Positions 1-8,393 of a stretch of DNA of 64,000 nt are shown here, piece by piece. The translations under genes were made by a program, and so were the position numbers. Numbering within the stretch: the stretch's first letter is position 1; each line of letters opens with the position of its first letter. Below the pieces are notes generated by a model. It did not search any database, was not told where the DNA came from, and saw only the letters and a list, made by a program, of their open reading frames with translations. Source of the DNA: Chthoniobacterales bacterium (GTDB lineage: Bacteria; Verrucomicrobiota; Verrucomicrobiia; Chthoniobacterales; UBA10450); assembly GCA_003244145.1 (NCBI GenBank), contig QHBM01000075.1, positions 1,308 to 65,307 of the forward strand, in the 5' to 3' direction.

Positions 1-1
1 C

Positions 2-1213
2 CGGATGTCGCGGCGTCCGATCGAGCGCTACCAATGGCCACTGGGCGCGGCCCTGTTTTTTCTGGTCACGGCTTTCCTGGTTCGCGAACGAAAACGGATT
101 CGGGCGGTGGTACCGCAAACGATCGAACCGAAGCGCGCGCTGGCGGTGGTCGCACTCCTGTTTTTGTGGGCGAATGTTTCGTTCGCCGCGGCACCGGGGC
201 TGGATGCCTATCGGAACGATAACTACAGCGAGGCCTACCAGGAATTTGAAAAGACACTGACGGAACACCCGAAGACGCACGCCGCCGACAGGATCGAATT
301 CGATGCCGGCGCCGCGGCTTACAAGATGGGGAATTACGACAAGGCGTTGGAATGGTTTAGCCGCTCGCTCCTATCGAAGGACAAGGAGCTTCAGGAGAAA
401 AGTCATTTTAACATCGGACGAACGTTGGAAGAGCGGGCAGACCGGACGGACACGAACGAGAAGGCGCTGACCGAGCTCCTGAATGCGCAGTCACATTACG
501 AAGAAGCGCTGAAGCTCGATCCGAACGACGAGCGGGCGAAGGCCAATCTCGAAGAAGTAAAAAAGAAGATCGAGCAGCTCAGGAAGAAGCCGAAAGAAAA
601 ACCGTCGCCGCCGCCTCAGCAGCAGAAGGACAAGAAACAGCAGGACCAGAAAAAGAAGGACGATCAGCAGAAGGATCAGCAGCAAAATCAGCCCAGCAAA
701 GGCGACCAAAAGAAGCCGGATAAGGGCGACGAAAAAAAAGAACAGCCGAAGCCAGGTGAAACGCCGTCTCCTTCACCGGGTGGCGACCAACAGCAGAAGG
801 ATCAATCCGGCCCGTCGCCCTCGCCTTCCGCGGGAAACGGCAAGGGTGAGGACCAATCCAAGGATGAAAAGTCGCCATCGCCCTCCAAGAGCGACGCTTC
901 GCCCTCACCAACTGCAGGCGAGAACGCAAAACAAAGTCCGACGCCCGGCGAGGGAGATGGATCGGACGCGTCTCCGACCGCGACGCCCAGCAGTTCTCCC
1001 GCGAAGAAACCATCCGGCGACGTAAAAGGTGCGGGCGAAGACAAGCCGAATCAAAAACCGCAACCCGCGCAGGCCGTCGAAGCCCAGCCGGAGAAGGAAG
1101 GCCAGATGAGCGAGAAGCAAGCGCAACTTCTCCTGCAATCGATGAAGGACGAAGAGCAGCGGGTGCAACTTGATGAACGCAAGGCGCCACGGCATGTCTA
1201 TAACGACTGGTGA
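2..1213 (+). CDS. TPR-repeat membrane protein of a Bat (aerotolerance-type) operon, probably 5'-truncated by the window edge, with a long K/Q/P/S-rich low-complexity C-terminal half
   Basis: The frame is open to the window edge. TM helix WPLGAALFFLVTAFLV; TPR-like repeats (YRNDNYSEAYQEFEKTL, AAYKMGNYDKALEWF, SHYEEALKLDPNDERAKANL). BatD- and BatE-like genes follow directly. Confidence 0.55.
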   Translation, partial: RMSRRPIERYQWPLGAALFFLVTAFLVRERKRIRAVVPQTIEPKRALAVVALLFLWANVSFAAAPGLDAYRNDNYSEAYQEFEKTLTEHPKTHAADRIEFDAGAAAYKMGNYDKALEWFSRSLLSKDKELQEKSHFNIGRTLEERADRTDTNEKALTELLNAQSHYEEALKLDPNDERAKANLEEVKKKIEQLRKKPKEKPSPPPQQQKDKKQQDQKKKDDQQKDQQQNQPSKGDQKKPDKGDEKKEQPKPGETPSPSPGGDQQQKDQSGPSPSPSAGNGKGEDQSKDEKSPSPSKSDASPSPTAGENAKQSPTPGEGDGSDASPTATPSSSPAKKPSGDVKGAGEDKPNQKPQPAQAVEAQPEKEGQMSEKQAQLLLQSMKDEEQRVQLDERKAPRHVYNDW

Positions 1214-1223
1214 CGCCTGACAG

Positions 1224-3077
1224 ATGAGGAACGAATCACGAATTTCCAAGGCGGCGGCGCGAATCCTTATCGCGGCGCTTGCCCTCGCGTGCGCGGCCTC
1301 AAATTCGTTCGGAGCCGGCGCGAGCGTCACCGCTGTCCTGGATAATTCCGAGACCGGTGTCGGGCAGCCGGTGCAGTTACAGATCAAGGTGACCGGGTCG
1401 ACCAGCGTGAAACCGCCGCGCGAATTGGCGGTGGACGGTCTCGACATTCGTTTCACGGGACAATCGCAATTGCTCGAAGGGCGAAATTTTCAATTCAGTT
1501 ACAGTTACATTTACAACTACACCGTCATGCCGATGAAGGCGGGCACGTTCAAGATCCCGCCGCAAACGATCGAAGCCGGCGGCAGCACGTTGCGAACTCC
1601 CGAGCTGACTCTGCACGTGGCGGATTCGCCCGGGCAATCTTCCCGCCCGAATCGTTCCGGCGAAAACATCGATCCCAGGCAGATCGCCTTCGTCGAACTG
1701 ATCCTGAGCAAGACCAGCGCGTACGTCGGCGAAATGGTTCCCGCGGTCGTGCGTCTGGGCTTTAACGTGCGCACTCCGGTGGAATCGCTCGGGAACGGCG
1801 TGGAGATCACCGGTCAGGGATTCACCGCGCAGAAAATGCGCGAACCGCGCCAGGCGATTGAAACTATCGGCGGCAAAACCTATCAGACGTTTACCTTCAA
1901 GACCGCGCTCTCGCCGGCGCGGAGCGGAAAGATCGCAATTGGTCCCGTTGAGGTGAATCCGATCGTGCGCATTCCCCGCACCTCCCGCAGCCCGGGCATT
2001 CCGCGGGATCTTTTCGACATGAACGATCCATTCATGGACAATTTTTTTCGAGACCCCGCGTTCGCGCCAAGTACTCCGCGTGAAATAAAAATGAAAAGCG
2101 AAGCGGCGACCCTGGATGTCAAAGCGCTGCCACCGGGAGCGCCACCTAGTTTCAACGGCGCCGTCGGTAATTTCACCATGACGGTGGACGCGAAGCCGAA
2201 GACCGCGCAGGTCGGCGATCCATTCACCCTCACCGCCAAAATTTCGGGCCGGGGTAATTTCGATCGCGTGACCGCGCCTTCTCTTGAAGACGAACAGGGC
2301 TGGCACAAGTACCCGCCCTCCGCGGATTTCAAATCGGACGACGATGTCGGAATCAGCGGAGCGAAAACGTTCGAGACCGTCATCAGCGCGAACGAACGCA
2401 AGGACCATATCCCCGCGCAGCTCTTCGCGTATTTCGATCCGATCAAAGAGCAATACGTCACGTTGCGGAACGAGCCGATTCCAGTGCGGGTCGAGGGCGG
2501 TTCGGCGCCAACTCAGGCGCCCGTTGCGCCCGCGCCGCAAACGGCCGCGCCTGCTCCGTCTCTCGCGAGGACCGGTCCGAAGCAACAGGAAATTCTTCAT
2601 CAAATCACCGAGCTGTCAGCCGAGCCGCAATCGTTTACGCCGCTCTTCGCGCGCCGCTCGTTTTGGCTGGCACAACTGGCGCCGTTCCTCGTCTTGCTCG
2701 GATTCATCACCTGGAGAATCCGGCGGGCTCATCTGGATAACCGCGATGCGCGGCGGCGCGAGGCCTTGCAGCACGAAGCCGCCGCGCTCCAACGAAGCCT
2801 GCGCCGCGAAGATGTCTCGCCGCAGGAATATTTCTCGCGCGCTTCCCGCGCGGTCCAGTTGAAGACCGCGCTGGCCCGGAACGTCGATCCAAACGCAGTG
2901 GATGCGGATGTCGCCGCGTCGGCGTTTCGAGCGGACGAGGCGACGCGGCGGCGCTTGCAGCAGTTATTTGAAAAGAGCGACGAGGCCCGTTACAGCGGCG
3001 GGCAAAACGGCATTCGGCTGCTCCCGCCCGACGTTCGAAATGAAGTTCTCGAATTGATCGACAATCTCCGCGCATGA
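1224..3077 (+). CDS. batD: BatD-like protein (oxygen-tolerance operon)
   Basis: 617 aa with a signal peptide (ILIAALALACAASNSFGAG). The N-terminus (VTAVLDNSETGVGQPVQLQIKVTG..., FKIPPQTIEAGG) matches my recollection of BatD. C-terminal TM helix (FWLAQLAPFLVLLGFITW). 10-nt gap to the upstream gene. Confidence 0.6.
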   Translation: MRNESRISKAAARILIAALALACAASNSFGAGASVTAVLDNSETGVGQPVQLQIKVTGSTSVKPPRELAVDGLDIRFTGQSQLLEGRNFQFSYSYIYNYTVMPMKAGTFKIPPQTIEAGGSTLRTPELTLHVADSPGQSSRPNRSGENIDPRQIAFVELILSKTSAYVGEMVPAVVRLGFNVRTPVESLGNGVEITGQGFTAQKMREPRQAIETIGGKTYQTFTFKTALSPARSGKIAIGPVEVNPIVRIPRTSRSPGIPRDLFDMNDPFMDNFFRDPAFAPSTPREIKMKSEAATLDVKALPPGAPPSFNGAVGNFTMTVDAKPKTAQVGDPFTLTAKISGRGNFDRVTAPSLEDEQGWHKYPPSADFKSDDDVGISGAKTFETVISANERKDHIPAQLFAYFDPIKEQYVTLRNEPIPVRVEGGSAPTQAPVAPAPQTAAPAPSLARTGPKQQEILHQITELSAEPQSFTPLFARRSFWLAQLAPFLVLLGFITWRIRRAHLDNRDARRREALQHEAAALQRSLRREDVSPQEYFSRASRAVQLKTALARNVDPNAVDADVAASAFRADEATRRRLQQLFEKSDEARYSGGQNGIRLLPPDVRNEVLELIDNLRA

Positions 3078-3832
3078 AAAATCGAATACAGCTAGGGCTC
3101 GTCTGTGCGGTGATTTTTGCGCTTGTCTGCGTTGCGGCCGGGCCGGTTCGCGGCGCACAAGATCCGGCGTTCGCGACCGCGAACCAAGATTACAGCGAAG
3201 GACGTTTCCAGGAAGCGGTCGATGGCTACCAACGCCTGGTCCAAGCCGGTCGATTCGACGCGAATCTGTTTTACGATCTGGGCAATGGCTGGTTTCGTCT
3301 GGGAAATTTCGGCCAGGCCATCCTGAATTACGAGCGCGCGCTGGCACTGGAGCCGCATCATCCGGAGGCGGAAGCGAATTTGCGGCTGGCGCGCGATGAA
3401 GCCCGCGCGCTCGAGCTGAGAAAAACCTGGATCGAGAAATACATTGAGGCCGGAACTTTCATTCAATATTCCATCGCTGCCTCGATTGCGGTTTGGCTGG
3501 CGGTGTTCGTGAGCGCACGCCTCTTTTTCACGCGTCGCCGTTCGCTCGGGCCGGTGGCGCTGATCATTTTTTTCCTCATCGTTTTCGCTCTGGCGAGCTT
3601 TGCGCTTTACACGAAGGAGACCGGCAGCAGAGGAAACTCCTTCGCGATCGTGACCGGAAAGGAAATCGAAGCGCGGCTGGCCACGGCCGATAACGCGAGC
3701 AGCATTCTGGCGTTACCGCCCGGCAGCGAGATCAACATCCTGAGCGAGCGAGGCGATTGGATCTACGCCGCGTTGCCGAACGATCTCCGCGGCTGGATTC
3801 CAGCAAAAAGCGTCGAGAAAGTGCGTTTGTAA
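3074..3832 (+). CDS. batE: BatE-like TPR plus SH3b-domain membrane protein
   Basis: ATGA overlap with the batD stop. Signal peptide, TPR repeats (YSEGRFQEAVDGYQRL, GNFGQAILNYERALALEPHHPEAEANL), TM helices and a C-terminal SH3b-like GDWIYAALPNDLRGWIPAKSV. Confidence 0.5.
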   Translation: MKNRIQLGLVCAVIFALVCVAAGPVRGAQDPAFATANQDYSEGRFQEAVDGYQRLVQAGRFDANLFYDLGNGWFRLGNFGQAILNYERALALEPHHPEAEANLRLARDEARALELRKTWIEKYIEAGTFIQYSIAASIAVWLAVFVSARLFFTRRRSLGPVALIIFFLIVFALASFALYTKETGSRGNSFAIVTGKEIEARLATADNASSILALPPGSEINILSERGDWIYAALPNDLRGWIPAKSVEKVRL

Positions 3833-3903
3833 TCCAGGCGACGCGGTCGCCAAACCGCTCCGGGAGTTGTGAAGCCCGCGAATGTCCGACATCTTCAAGA
3901 CAG

Positions 3904-5316
3904 ATGAAGGCAGAGATGGATCTCGGGACGGACAAGAAAGCGTTCCAAATTAATCTCGATGCGAAGAAGTACGGGACCTTCGCGGAAATCGGCGCTGGCC
4001 AGGAAGTGGCTCGGCGCTTCTTCCACGTCGGCGGCGCGGCCGGCACCGTCGCCAAAACGATGTCCGCCTACGACATGACCTTCAGCGACGCGATTTATGG
4101 ACCGGCCGATCGCTACGTCAGCCGCAACCGCCTTCATACCATGCTCGACCACGAGTACGCGCTGCTGATCGAGCGTCTGGACGAGAAGCTCGGCAATTTG
4201 CGCACGTTTTTCGTTTTCGCCGATACCGTGGCGGCGCGCAGTTTCAAGCAACACAACGAATCGCACGGCTGGCTGGGCGTTCGTTTCCAGACGGAAACCC
4301 GCAGTGAACCCAGCGAAATCATCATCCACATCCGAATGCTGGATGAGTCGAATAACGACCAACAGGAAGCGCTCGGAATCATCGGGGTGAATCTTCTCTT
4401 CGGCGCGTTTTACTATCGGCAGCCGGAAAAATTAATCGCGTCGCTCCAGGAGAACCTCGATCCAAACCGGATCCAGGTCGACTTGATCAAGTTCTCCGGT
4501 CCGGCCTATCCCGGAGTCGATAATCGATTGATGAGCCTGCAACTCGTCAGCCAGGGATTGACCGACGCCGTCATTTTTACCGCCGATGGTGAGATGGTGC
4601 AGGCCGCCGACATCCTTTACAAAAAAGCGATCCTGGTGGAGCGCGGCAGCTTTCGTCCGGTGACGAACGCGACCAACGACATGCTCAACGGAGCGCGCAC
4701 GGCGTTCCTGAAAGAAGCCGGCTGTCCCGATGCGGATCTCGTGGTCCTCATGGAGATGACGCTGGAAAATCTCCTTTCGGAAGGCCAGCTCAACCATGCC
4801 GATTTCCTCGCGCGCGTGGACATTCTGGGAGCGCTGGGCCGTACCGTGATTATCTCAAAATTCGGCGAGTATTTTCGGCTGGCTTCGTATCTCTCGCGTT
4901 ACACCAGCCGCAAGATCGGCCTTGTCATGGGCGTGCCCAGCCTCATGGAAATCTTTGACGAGAAATATTATCTCCATCTCGAGGGTGGAATCCTGGAAGC
5001 GCTCGGCCGGATGTTTAAGAGCGGTTTGAAACTTTATGTCTATCCGATGATGGACGAAGAAACCCACGCGCTCATTACGGCCACGAAGCTGGAGGTCGCG
5101 CCTCATTTGCGCTCACTCTATCGCTACCTGATCGAGAACGAATTCATCCAGGAAATCACCGATTACAATCCAGATTACTTGCGCATCTATCCTCCGGACG
5201 CGCTAGCGAAATTGCAGTCCGGCAACGGGGCCTGGGAAGCGATGGTGCCGCCGGAAGTGAGCAAAATCATCAAGAGCCGGCAGTTCTTCGGCTACCGCGC
5301 TTCGGCAGCGAGCTGA
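3904..5316 (+). CDS. conserved hypothetical protein (about 470 aa, soluble, no motif I can name)
   Basis: Long ORF with ordinary amino-acid composition. The ATG at 3904 was chosen because the upstream part of ORF 3757.. overlaps the batE-like gene and is Arg/Ser-rich. Contains GTFAEIGAGQEVARRFF. Confidence 0.6.
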   Translation: MKAEMDLGTDKKAFQINLDAKKYGTFAEIGAGQEVARRFFHVGGAAGTVAKTMSAYDMTFSDAIYGPADRYVSRNRLHTMLDHEYALLIERLDEKLGNLRTFFVFADTVAARSFKQHNESHGWLGVRFQTETRSEPSEIIIHIRMLDESNNDQQEALGIIGVNLLFGAFYYRQPEKLIASLQENLDPNRIQVDLIKFSGPAYPGVDNRLMSLQLVSQGLTDAVIFTADGEMVQAADILYKKAILVERGSFRPVTNATNDMLNGARTAFLKEAGCPDADLVVLMEMTLENLLSEGQLNHADFLARVDILGALGRTVIISKFGEYFRLASYLSRYTSRKIGLVMGVPSLMEIFDEKYYLHLEGGILEALGRMFKSGLKLYVYPMMDEETHALITATKLEVAPHLRSLYRYLIENEFIQEITDYNPDYLRIYPPDALAKLQSGNGAWEAMVPPEVSKIIKSRQFFGYRASAAS

Positions 5317-5416
5317 CGAGCCGGTTTTCGCCCCTTTTGGGTCGTCGCGCTCGGTGTTTTCCACAGGGAAAAAACCGGGTTGTCGGCACGCTTCCCGCTT
5401 TATCGGGTGACACACC

Positions 5417-6493
5417 ATGGCGAGGCGCGGAAATTCTGTCGTTGGGATCGATCTCGGAAAACACGTTTTCAAAGGGGTTATTCTCCAGCGGAAAAGCGAC
5501 GAGCGATTTGTGCTCACCAACTACGCTTCCCGCGAAGTCCCGGAAGAGATGACGACGCCGGAAGAACTCGCGCAGCAGCTCAAACTTCTGTTCAAGGACT
5601 TGGGGGGCAGCGCCAAAGCTTGTGCCATCGCGGTTTCAGATCCCGCTTCGCTCCTGCGCATTATCGAGCAACCCAACACGCCGATCGATTTGCTCCGCAA
5701 TGCCCTTCGCCTCAATGGCCTCGCCGTCCTGAATCAGGAGTGCAAGGATTTCGTGCTCGATTGCGCGCCGGTCTCCGCCGAAGCGACGAACGGCCACAAA
5801 GCGAACGGCTCCGCCGCCACTTCTGGCGAGAACCCCGGGCAAAACGGGGCCGCCAAAACGAAATATCTCGTCGGTGGAATGTTGCGGCCGACGGTCAAAC
5901 AGATTTCCGACGCGTGCAGCAAAACGCGGGTCGCGGCCGACATTTTGCAACTGGCGCCGGTTTGTTCCTTTAACGCTTTTGAATTCGCTTACCCCGACAT
6001 TTTCGCCAAGGACGCTTTTCTCCTCCTCGACATGGGGCATTTGCAAAGCACGGTCCTGATCGGCAGCAAGAAGGAGCTCGTTCTCGTGCGCAGCATCGAC
6101 TACGGAGGCAAAGCGCTGACGCAAGCACTGACGGCGGATGGCGCCCTCGACGCGAACGCCGCCCGCATCATGATGCAGCAAGGCGACGCAGGCATGGCAG
6201 AGATTTGCCGCAGCTCGCTCAATCGCCTGGCCACCGAAGTGCGCAATTCAATCGGATTTTTCGAAGGCCAGCACGAGCAGAACATTCAACGAATTTTTGT
6301 TTCCGGCGGCCTGGCCCGGACGGAGACGATTTTGCAAACGCTGAGCGACGAGCTGGGATTGCCCTGTGAAATCTGGGACCCGCTCGAAACCTGCGAAGTG
6401 GCGCTACCCGCAGCGAAGCGGCAGGCTTTGCCGAACGAATTCGTTTCGCTCAATGTGGCGTGCGGCGCCGCGTTTGAATATCTGAGGAACTAA
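5417..6493 (+). CDS. pilM: type IV pilus assembly protein PilM-like (actin-fold ATPase family)
   Basis: N-terminal VVGIDLGKHVFKGV phosphate-1-like motif, 358 aa, directly followed by PilN/PilO-like bitopic proteins. Confidence 0.7.
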   Translation: MARRGNSVVGIDLGKHVFKGVILQRKSDERFVLTNYASREVPEEMTTPEELAQQLKLLFKDLGGSAKACAIAVSDPASLLRIIEQPNTPIDLLRNALRLNGLAVLNQECKDFVLDCAPVSAEATNGHKANGSAATSGENPGQNGAAKTKYLVGGMLRPTVKQISDACSKTRVAADILQLAPVCSFNAFEFAYPDIFAKDAFLLLDMGHLQSTVLIGSKKELVLVRSIDYGGKALTQALTADGALDANAARIMMQQGDAGMAEICRSSLNRLATEVRNSIGFFEGQHEQNIQRIFVSGGLARTETILQTLSDELGLPCEIWDPLETCEVALPAAKRQALPNEFVSLNVACGAAFEYLRN

Positions 6494-6500
6494 GGCGCGC

Positions 6501-7151
6501 ATGGCTCTCCACCTCAACCTCCTCCACGAGGAGCAGCTCCAGCAACGGCAGCGCCAGCGCGATCCGCTCAAGATCGGCATGATGGTGCTGGGCACACTCG
6601 GTGCGCTCATGGTCACCTATTACTTGTGGAACGCCTACAAGACCCTCGAGATTCGCAACCGGCTCAGCCAGGTGGAGCACGACTGGGCGAAGGTCGAACC
6701 CAAAGTCACCGCGGCCCAAAAACGTTCGGCGGAGCTCAACAGCATCATCAGCACGACCAAGGTGCTCGATGGCATCATTGACACCCGATTTTTCTGGGGG
6801 CCGTTCCTGGAAAAAATCTCGCGCTGTGTCGCGCTCAACGCCCAACTGACGAGTATCGAGGGCAACATACTCGATGACAAAGTCGTGGTCGCCATCGACG
6901 GACTTGCTGCCGGGCGCGAACCGCGCGCCGCCGCCGAGGAACTCCGGCAACTTCTTCTCGAACAGCTCGGCCCGGGTTACAAGGACGTGAAGGTCGAGTT
7001 CAAGACACTCGAAGATCTCGATACGATTGTGAAGATTGGCGGAGCCAACATGGCGATGGCGCATTTTGCCATCAACGTGAGTTTCAGTACCGGCGCGGCC
7101 AAGGCCAAGCCGGCTGCTCCGGCTCCCCGCGTCCGGACTCCAAAGGAATGA
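6501..7151 (+). CDS. pilN: PilN-like bitopic pilus assembly protein
   Basis: Short cytoplasmic N-terminus (LNLLHEEQ), a single TM helix (IGMMVLGTLGALMVTYYLW), then a coiled-coil. Position directly after pilM. Confidence 0.6.
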   Translation: MALHLNLLHEEQLQQRQRQRDPLKIGMMVLGTLGALMVTYYLWNAYKTLEIRNRLSQVEHDWAKVEPKVTAAQKRSAELNSIISTTKVLDGIIDTRFFWGPFLEKISRCVALNAQLTSIEGNILDDKVVVAIDGLAAGREPRAAAEELRQLLLEQLGPGYKDVKVEFKTLEDLDTIVKIGGANMAMAHFAINVSFSTGAAKAKPAAPAPRVRTPKE

Positions 7152-7717
7152 AAGATTTCAAGCTCAGCAAAGATCAGATCAAAAAACTGGCGCTGAGCAC
7201 GATCGGTTTTTTCGTGCTCGTTTACGTCTATCTCAGTTTCTTTCTCGGGCCCCTCAACAGCAATAGCGACAAGATGCTGGCAACGATCGCCGTGCTGCAA
7301 GACAAGGTCGCTAATTCCAAGAACGAAATGGGCAAAGCGACTAATCTGGAAAGACAGGCCGGCACCGCCACGACGCGTTTTGCCGCGCTCAAAGCCCTCA
7401 GTCCCGAAGGCGCTCCCATCGCCTGGTTCCCGCCCCGGATGAAAGCTTTCTTCGCCAACCAGTCGATCGACAAATCTACCGCCCGTCTTGAGACGAGTGT
7501 GGCGTTCACGGAACCCGAGCTCGCCGGCTGGACGCGCTACAATTGGATGATCGAGCTGCCCCAGGCCGATTATTCTACTCTGGGCAAGGCCGTCGCCGCT
7601 CTCGAAAATGGCGAACCGTTGCTCTCCATCAACCGCATCAATATTCGCGCGCTGCCGGAAGATCCGCAGTTTCAGCAAGTCAGCCTTACCGTCAGTACCG
7701 CCATCCTGAAACGATGA
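7148..7717 (+). CDS. pilO: PilO-like bitopic pilus assembly protein
   Basis: ATGA overlap with the pilN stop. Single TM helix (LALSTIGFFVLVYVYLSFFLG) followed by a coiled-coil. Confidence 0.5.
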   Translation: MKDFKLSKDQIKKLALSTIGFFVLVYVYLSFFLGPLNSNSDKMLATIAVLQDKVANSKNEMGKATNLERQAGTATTRFAALKALSPEGAPIAWFPPRMKAFFANQSIDKSTARLETSVAFTEPELAGWTRYNWMIELPQADYSTLGKAVAALENGEPLLSINRINIRALPEDPQFQQVSLTVSTAILKR

Positions 7718-8139
7718 AAACGATATTCGCGATTTTTGTGTTGGGCCTCGTGGCGCTGCCTTATGCGCGCGCCGAGGGAGAAAACGCCACCCCCGACACC
7801 AGCGGCATTGAGCTGAAAAACAAATCCGCCTTCACCATGGATGGGAGCGGCCGCAATCCGTTTTGGCCGATCGGCTGGAAACCAGTGGCCCGGGTTCAGA
7901 ACAATACCGAACACACCGGACCGGATATTTTGCCATCGGCTTTCTCGGTTACGTCCATCACCCTGGATCGGGGTGCGCGCTTCGCGATCATCAATGGGAA
8001 ACCCATGCAGGAAGGCCAGGTCTTTGGATTGCAACTGGGCAACCAGACTTATCAGCTCACGGTCAAGGCGATCGAGGACGGCCGGGTGATCCTGGCGCGC
8101 CGCGATCAGGAAATCATCGTTCCGCTCCGCCGCAGGTAA
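7714..8139 (+). CDS. PilP-like secreted protein
   Basis: ATGA overlap with the pilO stop. Signal peptide (MKTIFAIFVLGLVALPYARA), RNPFWP motif, C-terminal beta-rich AIINGKPMQEGQVF segment. Confidence 0.45.
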   Translation: MKTIFAIFVLGLVALPYARAEGENATPDTSGIELKNKSAFTMDGSGRNPFWPIGWKPVARVQNNTEHTGPDILPSAFSVTSITLDRGARFAIINGKPMQEGQVFGLQLGNQTYQLTVKAIEDGRVILARRDQEIIVPLRRR

Positions 8140-8253
8140 GCGCCACTGGAAGTGGCCGGAAGAACGGCTGCGAGCGCTCAGCCCTTTCCTCGAGCGAGAC
8201 TCGAAGAACTTCATTCGAATCGGACGCTTCGTCGGTCACTGGAATCCTCCGGG

Positions 8254-8368
8254 GAGCGCACGCTTGTAGCGTGCTGGCGACGACGTCTCGTCGTCGCGAA
8301 CTTTTTCTCCGCGACATAGAAACGGTTTCAGCGTTGGACCGGAAAGTTCGTTTCGGCGGAGCGCCGAA
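8254..8368. repeat. multi-hairpin intergenic repeat, copy 1 (lacks the last hairpin)
   Basis: gagcgcacgcttgtagcgtgctgg + cgacgacg-tct-cgtcgtcg + cgaacttt..aaagttcg + ttcggcg-gag-cgccgaa. Matches 15956..16089 in order and orientation. Confidence 0.8.
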
Positions 8369-8393
8369 CGCAATGATTCGCCAGGATACGAGA

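Noticed and set aside
1377-2603. 408-aa minus-strand ORF antisense to the batD-like gene. The same applies to other long antisense ORFs: 579..1190, 6450..7064, 6977..7678, 17369..18442, 43993..44946, 55633..56493 and 59475..60356.
   Set aside because: These are typical high-GC shadow ORFs. They are Arg/Gly/Pro/His-rich with no motifs, and each fully overlaps a gene with clear family signatures on the other strand.
8140-8393. ORFs 8114..8494 and 8236..8709 (also 15650..16072 and 15927..16217), which share peptides such as DDETSSPAR(Y/C)KRAL
   Set aside because: The shared peptide is the translation of the multi-hairpin DNA repeat. The ORFs otherwise overlap cstA or intergenic DNA and are not credible genes.
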